From Vicugna vicugna (taxonomy: Eukaryota): 64,000 nt of DNA. Each line of letters begins with the position of its first letter. The stretch's first letter is position 1. Position numbers and translations under genes: made by a program. Location: NCBI GenBank assembly GCA_013265495.1, contig MU062844.1, positions 785,170-849,169 on the forward strand. Direction: 5' to 3'. This document shows positions 34,680-48,274 of the stretch, piece after piece. A model generated the notes under the pieces. It saw nothing but the letters and a program-made list of their open reading frames with translations, was not told where the DNA came from and did no database searches.

Positions 34680-35456
34680 TGCGAAGTCCTTCTGCAGCAG
34701 ATCATCTTGGTGGTCCACCCAATGTCTATGTCCCTCTTCTTGCATGTTGATGGAGCCTCCATTTTGTTCAGGTGTCTATCTCTCCTCCATGAAGCTCAGG
34801 AATAAATTCTTTTTGCCCTACACTAGGTTTTCTCAACCCCTGCACCACTGGCATTTTGAACCAGATAATTCTTTGCTGAGAGGGACTCTCCTGTAGGATA
34901 CTTACCAGTATCCCTGGGCCCTATATGCCAAATACTATTAGCAACATACACACACACACATACTCAGCTGTGACGACTCAAAATATCTCCAGACATTGCC
35001 TTAGCAGAGAGGGAGACAAAATTGCCTCCAGTGGAGAACCACTGCTTTAAACCAATATGGTAGCCCTATTGCCTTAGGCAGTGATTGGTTTAGAGGTAAG
35101 CATGTGATCCAATCCTGACCAATGAGAGACAAGGGAAAGCCACCTTGAGGGCTTCTAAGAGATGTTTTTTCACTCTTAAGATATGAAATAAAAGGCCCCT
35201 CTTCATCTACTGGTTGCTGAACGTGTCTAGATCTGACTCCTGGTACTGCAGCACACATCTTATAAACACCCAGCCAGTGAAAAGGGTGAAAACAGATTTT
35301 TTTAAAAAGCCATGGCTCCCCAGTTTGATGTAACCGACTCAAGGGCCACCATACCACAAGACTTTTTGTTACATGAAATAATAATGTCCTTATTAATGAA
35401 ACAAATCTGAATTGGGATTTTGTTACTTGCAGCCAAAATTGTCCTAATTGATGCAT
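34680..35456 (+). mobile_element. MLT1K-like LTR interrupted by MER20
   Basis: ccattttgttcagg before the insertion; gtgattggtttagaggtaagcatgtgatccaatcctgaccaatgaga...tgttacttgcagccaaa after it. Confidence 0.7.
34824..35044 (-). mobile_element. MER20, full length
   Basis: ggttttctcaacc...atctccagacattgcc...gagaaccactg. Degraded 8-bp TSD ccctacac/ctttaaac. Confidence 0.85.
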
Positions 35457-35858
35457 GTTTCTGTCTCCTCTACAGAAAACCTGCTTTGCCTCTCTCACTC
35501 ATAAGTAGATCAAAACATCACATTTAAATGCATTCAGAAGCCATGTGGGACAGTTTCAGGAGCCCTGGATTCTGGGTCAGACAGAGTTAAGTTCAAGCCA
35601 CCCACACAGCTCTCAGATTTCTTCAGAAGTCACTAAGTTTCCCTAGACTTTACAATGATAATACCATCAGTTCTGCACTCCTTTGGGATTTTATGGTGGT
35701 CAAATGAGATAGTGCATATGAAAATGCTTGGTTAACCCTAAATTCTTTATGAATATCATTCCATTTTCAGTCCCTACTGCCCTTCGAAGGGTGGCACATC
35801 TACAGTCACCACCCAAAGGTTAGACATTCTAGTAACATTTATCAAGCCCTGTGTAGAT

Positions 35859-36075
35859 CAGTTTCCCAACCCTGGTGCTGTTCACATTTTGGGCTGAACA
35901 ATTCNNNNNNNNNNNNNNNNNNNNNNNNNNNNNNNNNNNNNNNNNNNNNNNNNNNNNNNNNNNNNNNNNNNNNNNNNNNNNNNNNNNNNNNNNNNNNNNN
36001 NNNNNNNNNNNNNNNNNNNNNNNNNNNNNNNNNNNNNNNNNNNNNNNNNNAAACTGCCCCTTGTTGAAACTACTG
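35859..36075 (-). mobile_element. MER20 containing an assembly gap (N 35905-36050, 146 nt)
   Basis: cagtttcccaaccctgg...cacattttgggctgaacaattc on the left; aactgccccttgttgaaactactg on the right. Confidence 0.7.
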
Positions 36076-36569
36076 GTTTAGAATGATTGAGGGGTGTGGG
36101 TGGGGGAGGGGAATATATAGATGAAAAGATTTGTTCCTTGACTTTAAGAGACTTACATTCTTCTATAAACAATCATTTGTTTTTATACTGTAAAACTACC
36201 ACAACCATTATTAGGTAGCAGACAGATCATAGATTTAGATTCAAATGTTGCCCTCCCTCTCTACTAACCTGGGAGCATTACTGTCTCAATATCAGTTTCC
36301 TCATCCAGAAAACTAGAGGTGAGAAAGCCTATCTCTCTGGAGCATCTTCAGACTTAAATAAGATAATGAGCACAAAAAGCCTAATAAAATGCCTGGCATA
36401 CCATTAGTACTTCACACACGTGAGCTTTGCTTGTTATTCTGTTCTTGGTTCAGAGATTGTCTGGTTTTATGAATTGGGACTGCAGTTCCCATGAACGTTC
36501 CTCACTTCATTCCATGGTTTTATAGACCTGAGTCCTACATCTGGTGTACATGCACACACCACTGAAGTC

Positions 36570-37010
36570 CCCTCAGATCTTCTTACCATTTTGGCAAGGC
36601 CAGCTTGACTTCCAATAGCCAACACCTGCATCTTTATCAGGGAGCAGTTCTGCAGAGGTTGGGCCCTCTGCTACCCAGTCACTTCTGACCCCCACCACAC
36701 ATACGCCACCCTGGAACAGCCTTAACTGATGACTGATGGGCCTGGGAGTGTAAACAGCCCGGCTACCTCACTCTTTGGAAGGGATCATTCTCAGGCATGT
36801 GTTTTACATTGATTCCTAGAGCTCCCCTGCAGGATTAAGTTTCAGCTGCCTACCATAGTATCTGGCTTAGTAACATACCTCTTATTGGAGGCCTTCCCCT
36901 CCTTGTATTTACTGCCCCCCTCCCCTGCTGGTGCCTCCGCAAGCTTCAGGTAAACCAGATGCCCTCAGTCTTTAGTCCAGATCTGTTTTTAGGGGAAACT
37001 CACCTGAGGT
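36570..37010 (+). mobile_element. ERVL LTR16-like solo LTR
   Basis: ggcatgtgttttacattgattcctagagctcccctgcaggattaagtttcagctgcc...ggggaaactcacctgagg. Confidence 0.7.
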
Positions 37011-37029
37011 ACTCTCCCTTTAGTTTAGC

Positions 37030-37230
37030 AATTAAGAGTCCAGGCTCCAGAGCTAACATTTTCAACACTGATTGATTCTGTAGCCTTAAGGGAGTTATTT
37101 AACTTACGTACGACTCAGTTTTCTTTATGTAAAATGCTGATAATAATATTCACTTCACAAAGTTCTTGTAAGAACTAAATGAGTTCATATTTGTTAAATA
37201 CTTAAAATAGTACTTGATACCTACTAAGAC
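37030..37230 (+). mobile_element. MIR
   Basis: aagagtccaggctccagagc...aagggagttatttaactt...gtaaaatgctgataataat. Confidence 0.8.
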
Positions 37231-38266
37231 CCGCCCAATTAATTATTCCTTTAAACGCCTTCATAATGAATCTGATTCTCCTTGGCAGCCAGGGTCAAGC
37301 TTCCAAGACTTGGGATTGCTGCCCACCATCTCAAGACAACATATCAGGGACTATTTAAGAATCTAATTTCCAAATACAGTCAACAACAGCAAGAAGGAAC
37401 CTTCTCCCACTTGCCCCAAGCACAATCCCAGTTTTTGTTGGTGAAGACAGATGCAGGGACATGCTGCTTGCAAACTGCCTGGGTTCTGAACTTGAATTAA
37501 CATTCAAGAAATGAGCCTGGATAGATCTGCATCTGCTGAATAATCCCTCTGTCCTGGGAAACAGACTGAGACAGCAGTGTCCCCAAATGCTGACATACCC
37601 CAGCATTGTGCCGTGAAGACACTGGGCATTCCCAGGGCTGGGAAATGGGCAAACAGTAATCCATCTTCCTTTAGGCTGGTGCTCTAAATGGCTCAAAATA
37701 TCTCAGTCCATAAAGGCTTTCTCTCCCCTCTTCCTCTCTCCAGTTCAAGCTTGTAGGGTTTTTGTTTCCCCAAACCTGTCTACATTGCAGAGGGATGACA
37801 TAGTTAGATGGGTATCTTGTAAAGACTTCATTTGCAGCAGTGTGGACATCATAATGATGCATTTTAATTTCCCAGATTACCGTCAAATGCTTAAAAAAAA
37901 AAGCCGTCTTTCATTTGTGCTGAGAGATCCCAAGCTATCTGTTTTCCTGAAGACTTCAGTAGGAAAACTGCAGAATCATAATGGACAGAAAAGATAAGTC
38001 CCTAAAGGACAAGGATTGAAGCTCACAAGACAACATCACACACACAGAAAACAATGTCATCAGGAAATTCGTGAGGTTATTAAATCTTACTGTGGAGGAA
38101 AATAACAAAAAGATAATCCTAATGATAGATGTATTCTCATGATGAGCTAAGCTATTCCCCATCTGGACTGGGAGAGAAAAGGAAATTCATTTCCAAAGAG
38201 CCTGTTATGTTTAAGCTTCCCCTCAAGACCTGTGAGGTGGATGCAACTATCACCACTTTGAAGCTA

Positions 38267-38615
38267 NNNNNNNNNNNNNNNNNNNNNNNNNNNNNNNNNN
38301 NNNNNNNNNNNNNNNNNNNNNNNNNNNNNNNNNNNNNNNNNNNNNNNNNNNNNNNNNNNNNNNNNNNNNNNNNNNNNNNNNNNNNNNNNNNNNNNNNNNN
38401 NNNNNNNNNNNNNNNNNNNNNNNNNNNNNNNNNNNNNNNNNNNNNNNNNNNNNNNNNNNNNNNNNNNNNNNNNNNNNNNNNNNNNNNNNNNNNNNNNNNN
38501 NNNNNNNNNNNNNNNNNNNNNNNNNNNNNNNNNNNNNNNNNNNNNNNNNNNNNNNNNNNNNNNNNNNNNNNNNNNNNNNNNNNNNNNNNNNNNNNNNNNN
38601 NNNNNNNNNNNNNNN
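38267..38615. other. Assembly gap (349 N)
   Basis: Run of N. Confidence 1.
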
Positions 38616-39050
38616 TAAGTAAGTAAGACAATGAAAGACAAACACTGTATGACACCACTTATGTGTGGAATCTAAGAACGCCAAACTCATAAAAGCAGAG
38701 AGAAGAATGATGGTTACTGGAAGCTGGTGGGTAGAGGAACTGAGGAGGGTGTTAAGGATACAAACTTGGAACTAGTTGTTAAACAAGTCCTGGAGATATA
38801 ACACACAGCATATGATTACAGACAACAATACTGTATTATAAACTTCAAAGTTGCTAAGAGACTAGGTCTTATTTTTCCCACCAGAAAAAAAGACATGACA
38901 ATTATGGTGAGGTGATAGAGGTGTTAGCTTAACTCTATGGTGATAATCATGTTGTGATATATAAATGTATCAAATGAACACACATTGTATACATTAAACG
39001 TACACACAGTTATATGTTGATTATGTCTCAATAAATATAAACTTAAAAAA
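38616..39050 (+). mobile_element. L1 (L1MA-like) ORF2 tip plus 3' UTR
   Basis: gacaccacttatgtgtggaatcta...caaagttgctaagagactagg...tctcaataaa. Confidence 0.85.
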
Positions 39051-39414
39051 ATAATAATCAGACTGAGGAGGCTGAGCCAGGTACACAGGACAGAGCCGGG
39101 ATTTGAACCTGTGTGAAGTACAAGCCTGAGCTCCCTGCGGTGCTCCTGCTACGTTCTTCTACTTACTGTGCACTGTGAGCTTCCAACAGGAAGAGTCAAG
39201 TTGGAAACAAGACATAGGCCCTGCCCACAGGGGCTCGCTGTCTGCCCGGGGGGACAGGAATGACATTGACTTGCTGGGGAGAGGAGTGAGAAAGACCCAG
39301 CCTGCCTCATGGCTGGAGGGAGGGCGAGCTCACCCATGGCTGGCTGGTGGGCAAGACCTCCTAGAAGATGTGGGTCACATGCTGGACACAGCAAAGGATC
39401 TGTCAGGGCAGCAA

Positions 39415-39565
39415 GTCTCTACCTGGAGCTCCTATTAAATGCAGGCACTGGGCCCCACTCCCAGTAAAATCAGACAGTGGGTCTGGGTGAAACCTGAGAA
39501 TCTGCACATTGAGTACACCCCACAGGGGATTCTGATAAAGGTCAGGGCCACTCTTGGAGAAAGAG
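39415..39565 (+). mobile_element. MER5A-like MITE
   Basis: acctggagctcctattaaatgcaggcactgggccccactccc...gagaatctgcacatt. Confidence 0.65.
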
Positions 39566-40249
39566 TGGACAGGGACAGGGGGAGTGAAGATATTTCACCT
39601 GAAACTTTCCAAATTCAGGAAAATCAGATGGGCTGGGACAGATGGTCTCTGTGGGTGAGTAGTAGAGGATACCATTGAAGAAGCCGTTTGCTCTAGAGGA
39701 CTTTAAATGTCAGGCTAAAAGGAAGATAATGTATATTTACTGAACATCTACCATGTATCAGGCTCTCTAGGCATTTTGCATTTCTCACTTTAATACTCAC
39801 AAAAATCCTTTAAGAACATCCCATTTTAATTTAATTTGCCCAGAGTCAGACAGCTAATAAGAGAAGAGCTGGGATCAGAGCCTGAATTTTGTATCTCTAA
39901 AGTCCATATTCTTCCTGCTATAGCCCATTTCTCCTACGGACTGCAAGTCACAAGCAGAGCACAGTCACTGATGCCTTTTGAGCAGACAAAGTGACAAGTT
40001 CACAGGGAATTTTAAGAGGCCAAAACTTGCATTAAGTTGGATTGGCCTGGGGAGAGAATAGAGCCAAGATCAGACCTCTTTGCCTAGTCTAAATCCCACC
40101 TCCGGTAGTTAAATTGCCCTTCTGCTTATCACGAACAGGAAGGAGGGGAACAAGAGGTCTCCTTGAAGAGTCCCAGGTAAAAACCTCATTGTCTCACCAT
40201 TGTCTTAAAAGACAAATGGTGCTTTCATCCAACCTCCATGCCAGGTCAC

Positions 40250-40700
40250 CTGTTTGCCTGTTTGCTATGCTGGTCCTTGCATCACCGAGAATTCTAAGAG
40301 ACTATCATCTGAGAATAGGAGTAGAGAGATCTGGGGCCTGATGTACAAAACCTTTCTGGTGCAGCTGTCTGAGAAAAGCTTTGGGCCCCCTCTGTCAGCG
40401 GGTGGAGGATGAACCTGGGATGAGCAGAGAGGATGCAAGGATATCAGTGAGTCCCTGCAGCCATAGTCCAAGTAAGAGATGATGGCGGCCCAATGGAGGG
40501 CAGCTGGCAGTGGGGACAAGGAGAAGTGGGCTAATTCTGTGGGTAGAACTGAACCAGTCAAGTGGGAAGGGCAAGGATCTGCTTGCACATTCAGTAAGTG
40601 AGGAGGAAACTGAGTCAAAAGTGGTCAACTGACAAAAGGCACTTGGCTAAGTGCCAGGGAAAGAACTCAAACCCTGATCTCCTGACTCACTTAGCCACCG
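40250..40700 (-). mobile_element. L2 fragment plus MIR
   Basis: gcagccatagtccaagtaagagatgatggcggccc; gaggaggaaactgagtcaaaa. Confidence 0.65.
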
Positions 40701-40781
40701 TGGACGGAGCTCTTACTCTGGGGTGAGCATGCTGCTTAGGGTTGGGGTACCAAGGAGAAGACTATAAGGCAGTGTTGTACA

Positions 40782-40925
40782 NNNNNNNNNNNNNNNNNNN
40801 NNNNNNNNNNNNNNNNNNNNNNNNNNNNNNNNNNNNNNNNNNNNNNNNNNNNNNNNNNNNNNNNNNNNNNNNNNNNNNNNNNNNNNNNNNNNNNNNNNNN
40901 NNNNNNNNNNNNNNNNNNNNNNNNN
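40782..40925. other. Assembly gap (144 N)
   Basis: Run of N. Confidence 1.
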
Positions 40926-41224
40926 TTCAATAAAATTATTCTTCAATAAAGTTGTTTTTTAAAATAAAAAAGTGTTACATAGTAGTTAGAAACCTAGGCT
41001 CTGGAGCCAGGTTGCCAGAGTTAAAAAGCCTACTTATACTTGGGTAACCTTAGGCTATTCAAATAATCAGTCCAAGTCTCTCTTATCCCATCTGCAAAAT
41101 GGACACACCTCACAGGACAGCAGTGAAGATTGAATTAAATGATACATATAAGGTCCTTACATTTTACTTCTTCTTAACCCTGAACTGGCAGTCCTTGACA
41201 GTGTAATCAGTCAAGAAAGATTAT

Positions 41225-43130
41225 TTAAGAAATAAGAGCGTTAGAAAGATAAGAAAATATTAACATTCACAGACAATATAATTGCCCACGTGGAAATATC
41301 TCAGATATTTACAAGTAAATAATGAGAACTAATAATAAATTCAGAACATTTTCAAAACAACATCAATATGCAGAAAGCAATAATGTCCCTATACACCAGT
41401 AACTTTCAAATAGAAAGTGTTTTATGTATGGCCAGAGGTATCTATCCCATTGGAAATATTTTTTAAAAAATTATAAAGCACTCAAGAATGTCAAACAAAA
41501 TATGTGAGCAGTTATGAAGAAGTTTCAAAACTTCACTAAATGATTTAAAATATGTTCCAAATAAGTGAAAAGGCCATACCATGTTCATAAATAGGAAGAT
41601 TCCCTATCAGATGTTGATTTGCTCCGTATTAATCTATAAATTCAGTACAACTTTAATTAATGAGTGTAATCAATGGAATTTTTTAAAAACTATGACAAAC
41701 CGAGTGCAAAATTTATAGCTAAGGATAAAGGCCTTTAAGAGAAAAGAAAATTATGACTAAAACGAACAAGGCAGAATGACTTATCCTCTCAGAAATCAAG
41801 TCTTATTATAAAGCTACATTAATGCAAAAAGAAAGGTATGAAAAAGGTATGAAGATAAACAAATCATCCAAAGGAACAAAACAGAGACTCTGGAAGAATT
41901 ATATCACTGAGGAGTCATTGCAAATTTGGGAGAAAATGGTGAGATATTCCATAAATAATGCTGGAGTAATAGGCTCGCCACATGAAAAGTAAATAAAATT
42001 AGATTCCTACCTCCCATATTTCCCAAAAGCCCTATATTTATATGAAATATATACCAGCTGGAACAAATACCTAAATTGTAAAAGACAAAACTTTACATTT
42101 TAAAGGGTCTAGCTTTATGTCATTGGAGTAAGGAATATATATTTTTTAAGATTCAAAAAGCAAAACCTATTAAGTAAAAGTGTGATAAATTCTCAAATGT
42201 TAAAACTTTTAATTTTTTATTATGAAATCCAATACACAAAATCAGAAGACAAACCGAAAGCTGAGATTTTTTTTAAATCTGCAATACTTTTAGTAGATTC
42301 AAAACTTTGTATCCATGATATATAAAAAATACATACAAATCAATAAGAAAAAAATGATCACCCCAATAGAAAAGAAAACCCAAATGGCCAATAAACATGA
42401 AAATATGCTTAACTTCCCAAGTAAAAAGACAAATGCAAATTGAAAATACTAAGATTCCATTTCATACCTATTATATTAGCAAAAATGGACAAGACTAATT
42501 ATATCAAGATTTGAAAAAATATGAGAAAGTTGTGTCTTTCCTTCTTGGCTGTGGGAGCATAAACTGGCTGTTATTTTGCAAAACAAATTGGCAGTCTCTA
42601 GTGATACGGAAGCTGCCCACATCCTATGTCTTAGAAACTCTACTTACAGGTATATTTTCTTAAGAATGTTCGCTTCATCGTTTCTAGTGAAAAAAAAAAG
42701 TACCTAACATTCAGTTTAAGGATAAGTAAAAATTATAGACATCTGTACAATGTATGCTATAAAGTGGAGCTACATTTTAAAACATAGATGAATCTCAATA
42801 AGATACTATTAAATAAAAAAATAAGTTGCAAAAAAAATATACGGAGTGCAGTATTGTTTATGAAGAGCTTAAGTATACGAATACCATATACTCTTTAGGT
42901 TTGCATGCACATATGGAAAAACACGTTTGTCACTTCAGGTTAATGATTTCCTCTGATGAGAGAGAGAAGGAAATGGAATGTAGGTAGCGGGATTTGACAG
43001 TATCTTTATTTATATTTTAAAAATCTGAAATACATGTGGCAAAAATGTTAACATTTGTTCAATCTGAATCATTGGTACATCAGTGTTATTTTATTCTCTG
43101 TGCTTCTCTGTATGTCTGAAATATTCTAGC
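41225..43130 (+). mobile_element. Old L1 (L1ME/L1MC-like) ORF2 remnant and 3' UTR, about 1.9 kb
   Basis: A-rich, with decayed ORF2 landmarks (caacatcaatatgcagaaagcaataatgtccctatacaccag; gaaaacccaaatggccaataaacatgaaaatatgc). No long ORF. Confidence 0.85.
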
Positions 43131-43904
43131 ATTTATAGGTTTTTCTGTAAAGGACAAAGAAAAGTTTTCAAACACAGTGATGTAACTACTTCTCAGAGAC
43201 TTCTGATTTTCATCAGAGATATCTGGACCAACACTACAGGGGGCTCTGAGCAGACGAAGCATCCGGGAAGATCTTTGGTATCTGATGAAGTGACTCCATC
43301 TGGCACCAACCTGCAAACCTTCCATTAAAAGAGCACTGGCAAACTCAATCACTTCAATAGACACCAGAATAGTTGCTTTCAATTCAGCTAAGCCCTTCTC
43401 TAGACACATAAAATAAAACTTTCAACAGAAATCAATACTTAAACTTTAGAATCACCAACACCACAACATTAACCCCTGTCCAACCTGAAAAAAATGAAAG
43501 CAATTGTGGATGCCTAAGGCATATTTATCTCACACCATGTTTAAGATTTTAAATACACTGAGACATGAAATAGCTGTGTCTATGTATTTTTTATTCCTGA
43601 ACAGCGGGAATTACACCCAACATGGAATTTCTTTCTCAGAGTTGTTTCAGACACCAGAGCACATTCCAGGCTGGACAGACATCCAGACTGGACATTGCAC
43701 CAAGTCAGTTCACACAGATAGCCTTCTCCCCTGGAAGATCACAGCCTAAGAGAGCTATCAGTAGCCATTCCAACAAACACAATTCCTGAATGCAGACACC
43801 ACCAGACAGCAAATACTGAATAAGCACTTCCTAAATACAGAGTGCCATACTAGGTAATAAAGAGAGGATAAACATATATGGCAGGAATTCTACTTTGAAT
43901 CTAA

Positions 43905-44700
43905 TCAATTCACCCGTACATCTATCCAACCAGCTGCTCATCCATCCCTCCACTCATTTATCCTTCTGTCTATCCACCTGTCCACCCTCTATCCCTTTAA
44001 TCCTACATCTTTCCACTCATCCAGACAACAACTCTTCACCCATCCATTCTTCCACACTTCCAGCCACCTTGGTCCTCCCTCCCAACCCTCCATTCACCCA
44101 CTCAGTTACCTTCTATTGCTCTACACATCCATCTCTTAGACTTTCCAACCACCTGTACTGGGTTGAATAGTGTCACCCCCACAAAATTCATGTCTATCCA
44201 GAACTTCATAACATGACCTTATTTGGAAATAGGACCTTTGCAGATGTAATGACTTAACTTAAGATGAGGTCATACTGGAAGAGAGTGGGCCTTATTCCAA
44301 TGACTGGTGCCCTTATAAGAGACACAGAGACACACACACAGGAGAATGCCATCAAACGATGTCAGAGATTAGAATGATGCATCCACAAGTCAAGGAAGGT
44401 CAGGAATTGCTGGCAGCCACCAGAAGATGGAAGAGGCAAAGAAGGATCCTCCCCTAGAGTCCTCAGAAAGAATACAGTCCTGCCGACACCTTGATTTTGG
44501 ACTTCTTACCTCCAGAACTCTGGTACAATAAATTTCTGTCATTTTAAGCCACCAAATTCGCAGTACTTTGTTTTGGCGCCTTAGGATACTAATACACCAC
44601 TCTTCCCACCAACCACTCCTCATCTCTCCAAGTCCCAGCTCTCCACCCATCCACCTCATCCACCATTAACCTCATCCATCCACCATTCAGCCCATCCACC
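43905..44700. repeat. Degenerate (TCCA)n tract, split by MLT1B
   Basis: catccatc/ccacc units on both sides of the LTR. Confidence 0.7.
44154..44596 (+). mobile_element. MLT1B solo LTR, full length
   Basis: TGTACTGGGTTGAATAG...ACTAATACA termini; 5-bp TSD CCACC/CCACT. Confidence 0.9.
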
Positions 44701-45364
44701 CATGGTTTACTTAGTGTCTACATGCCAGGCACTGTTCTGAGTGCTAGCTGTACCATGGTAAGGGTGGCAGTAGCAAAATGTCATGGGTTTTGCCCCCCAT
44801 GCAGGCTAATCTCCCCATTAATATCACCAGACCCCAAGTATAAATGCAATCTGAATAAATACAACGGGTTTGCTAAGCAAATGGAGAAACTGAGCTTCAA
44901 GGCAAGTTCCCTAGCCATCCCTGCCACCCACAACCATATTAGTGGCACTTAGGCCCTTCTGATATAAAAGCTCTGAGGCCTCCAATAGGTGATGAGCAAT
45001 CTCTCCCCAAGGGATATATGGATATTAAACAAATAATCATTGCAGGGGCCAGGGCACTAATTATGATTGAGGAGGCCTTTGTGAGTTGGAAAAACAAGAC
45101 AAACTCGTAAAAAATGACACGTCACCTCCTGAAGGGGCTTAATGCAGGATCAGGGCTTCATCGAGTCTGCCAAATAAATGAGTAAGTGCTACACACTCTC
45201 AAAGCAGGAGGAGTCCAGCGCAGGCAGCGAAGTCTTCTTGGAGAAAGATCCACCTGGACTCTGAAGGATAACTGGAATTTAAGTAATTGTTGGGAGGGGA
45301 GGGGTGCATGCTTCTGTATTTAAAATAGTCCTCAGTAAACAAAAGTACGGAGGTCATTCATTCA

Positions 45365-45880
45365 TTCCAAGGGCTCATGACTTTTTTTGCGCAAAAGACC
45401 ACTCTGGCAGGCTGGGGAATCCTCAGGTTCCAGCCCAGAACAAAGCTATTAAACGACTAAAAATATATAGAATTACAAAGGAGACCAGTTATATGAAAAT
45501 ACAGTCATAATAATGATTTTTGAAAAATAAACTTGTGGTGTGTTTGTAAGTCCATGTTAAAATGTTAAGTAGTAAGGTCTCTACAAGGTTTACTAACTAT
45601 TGCCCTTTCAAAGTAATTTGAAGAAAGTAAACAATAATTCTAAGATATCTGCCACAACAGTAATGTGATATGAAAATATAAGTGGTTTCTCTTGGTGAAA
45701 AAGCCAGAGAAATGCTCACATTGGTGTGGTTTGTTGCTACCATTCAAAATTAAAAGAAACGAAATCTTCAGTTATAGATGAGTAAAAATAGGTAATTTTC
45801 CCCATATCTGAGTTTACAGACCACTGAATTCTTTCCACAGATCCCTTGGGGGCCCATGGACCACAGGAGAAGAACTTCTA
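45365..45880 (-). mobile_element. hAT-Charlie MITE, MER119-like
   Basis: gatatctgccacaacagtaatgtgatatgaaaata...cccttgggggcccatggaccacagg. Confidence 0.7.
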
Positions 45881-45894
45881 ATTTATGTGTTTAG

Positions 45895-46880
45895 GTGTTT
45901 ATGCACTGATTCATTCACTTATTCACTCGTTCATTCCCCAGATCCTGGGTGCTTATGACACTCTTGACAATGAGGTAAGTGCTAGGAACGCACTGGGGCA
46001 AAGACGCAGGTGTGGTCTCTGCCTTAGGGAGCCTATATTCTGGTGGGCAGGAATAATCAAGAAGCAGGTAAATAAACAAGACAGTTACAGACTGAGATCT
46101 GCTGTGAAGGGAATCCACAGGGCGATGTGGTAGAGATGAATGGTGGCGGGCAGAGGCGAGGGACCCCGGCATGAAAATCCACATGAAACAAGCCATGCAA
46201 CAGCCCAGGGGAACAGAATACAGAGAATTCAGAACACAAAGCCTGTAGGCCCAGAGAGGAGGAGCTTGGGTGTCTTAAGGAACAGGAAGAAGGCACGTGT
46301 GGCTGGAGAGAAGACAGCAGTAAGAGAGGCAGAAGACAAAACAAAGATGTAAACCAAGATGGAGCGGCTGCCAGGTTACACTGGACCTCATGGACCATGG
46401 GGATGGGCTGGGGTCACACTTTAAGTCCAGTGGGCAGCACTGAGGTGGCTTAAGCAAGGGAGTAACAGGATCTGATTACATTGTTTTCAAAGATGTCTTT
46501 GGATGCTGAGTGGAGAATGGACTGTAGAGGAAAAGGTCTTTGACAGAAGCAACCAGCTAAGAGCCCGCTGCATTTATCCAAGTGAGTGGCAATAAGGACT
46601 TGGGATTAGTGTGAGGCAAGTGAGGCAGCCTGGCTACAAAACTGAAAGAAACACTCATCCCCAGCTTGCACTGCTGGTGGAGACACAAGGGTGTGGGCAG
46701 TTTGAAGATAACTTTTGGAGGTAAGGGCAAGACAGAAAAAAATTAAATCTAAGAATGTCTAACATTCTGTAGTGAGCAGTAATTTTAGAAAGGAGCTTCT
46801 GAACAGACTATGGAGGGTCTTGAACAGAAGAAAAGGGACTTTTGACTTTCTCCTGTAGCTAATGAAGAGCCAAGGAATTA
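45895..46880 (-). mobile_element. Long L2 fragment, with a short Tip100-like piece at about 46594-46680
   Basis: cattcacttattcactcgttcattccc...gtccagtgggcagcactgagg...tggatgctgagtggagaatggactg; the insert reads gtgaggcaagtgaggca. Confidence 0.7.
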
Positions 46881-46889
46881 AATAAAATT

Positions 46890-47155
46890 GATACACTGTC
46901 CTGACAAAAGACCGTGGGGGCTACAGCAGCCATTTTGGACCATGAAGCAAGTTTGACGATGCAAACCGTGTGCTCAGGAACATCGCAGGAATACGGAGGA
47001 ACCCAGATCAGTGCCGACACCCTGAAGCCACCGTGCCAGCCTGAACCACCTACCTCCAGGCTGCTTTATCCCAGGAGGAAATAAACTTCTATTTTGTTTT
47101 AGCAACCGATTTCCAGACCTTCCTCCTGGCAAACACAATTCCTAAACAATACAGA
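46890..47155 (+). mobile_element. MLT1J/K-like LTR 3' part
   Basis: gcagccattttggaccatgaagcaag...ctgaaccacctacctccaggctg...cctaaacaataca. Confidence 0.65.
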
Positions 47156-47892
47156 AACCTGCCCACAATGCTTACTGAAATCTAAACGAACAGAGGGCCC
47201 TCTGCAGCATGCTCATTTACACTCACTCACTCACTCCCGTTTAAATACAGTCAACTGTGCATCTCACTTTGGTTGACTGTGTGCCTCCAAAAGAAGGCTC
47301 TCCTCCCTTGTTGCTTCTGAAAAAGACTCTCAAACCCACAGTGAAATCACTCTGGGGCAGAGAGAGGTGGTGTGATATTACATGTCATTATAAGCTCTAA
47401 GTGCCTCTTTTCTGACGCTGAGAAGGTTAGCAGTGGCAAAGGCACCAAAAAGTCCCGGCGATGAATAGAACACGTTGGAAAGTGGCTGAGGAAAGTAGGA
47501 ACTAATGAATGCCAGCTCCGACAAATATCAGCTGCCAATCAAAAGTGAACAAAGGACGGTGTTCCCTCCAAAAGTGGTAAAGGGGACCCCTTCACAAACA
47601 GAACAAAAGGCAACCCCAGCTCGGCAGCAAAATAGAATGTATTCAGACAGTGCCTGGCATTTTGCAAAGCTGTAAAACCAGCTTCTCTGCTGGAAGGGAC
47701 TTCCAAAATCATTTGTTCAATATCCCCATTACAGAAGTGAGGCAATTGAGGCTCAGACAGGGTAACGGAAGTTGCTTCCCAAAGTCACGTGGAAAATTCG
47801 TGGCTGGGATGAGATGGGAATCTGGGCCCCATACTTACTGGCTTCTATACGTACTTCTTGAGGGACTGTTAGACTCAGCTTTTATCTAAGGC

Positions 47893-48198
47893 AGGGGTCA
47901 GTAAATGTCTCTATAAAGGATCAGCTAATAAATACTTCAGGTTTGCAGACCACAGGGTCTCTTTTGAAACTCCTCAACTGGATTTGACCTGTGTGCTGTG
48001 GGTTGCTGCCCCCTTACCTAAGGCACTATATCCATGTGGTCCCCAGACCAGTAACATCTAGAACTTGCTAGAAATGCAAATTCTCGGTCTCCTACCTCCA
48101 AACTTAATGAATCAGAAATCTCAGGGGTGACATCTAGAAACCTATTTTCACAAGCCCTCCAGGTGATTCTGACACACACTAAAGTTTGAAAACCACTG
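47893..48198. mobile_element. MER58 5' fragment followed by MER5A (minus)
   Basis: caggggtcagtaaa...; cttgctagaaatgcaaattctc...aaagtttgaaaaccactg. Confidence 0.75.
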
Positions 48199-48274
48199 AG
48201 CCAGAAGCATAGCAAATCATGTCTTGCATAAGCATTTCTAGTCCATGGTCTGGTGTGTGGCTCCTGGTGGGTGC

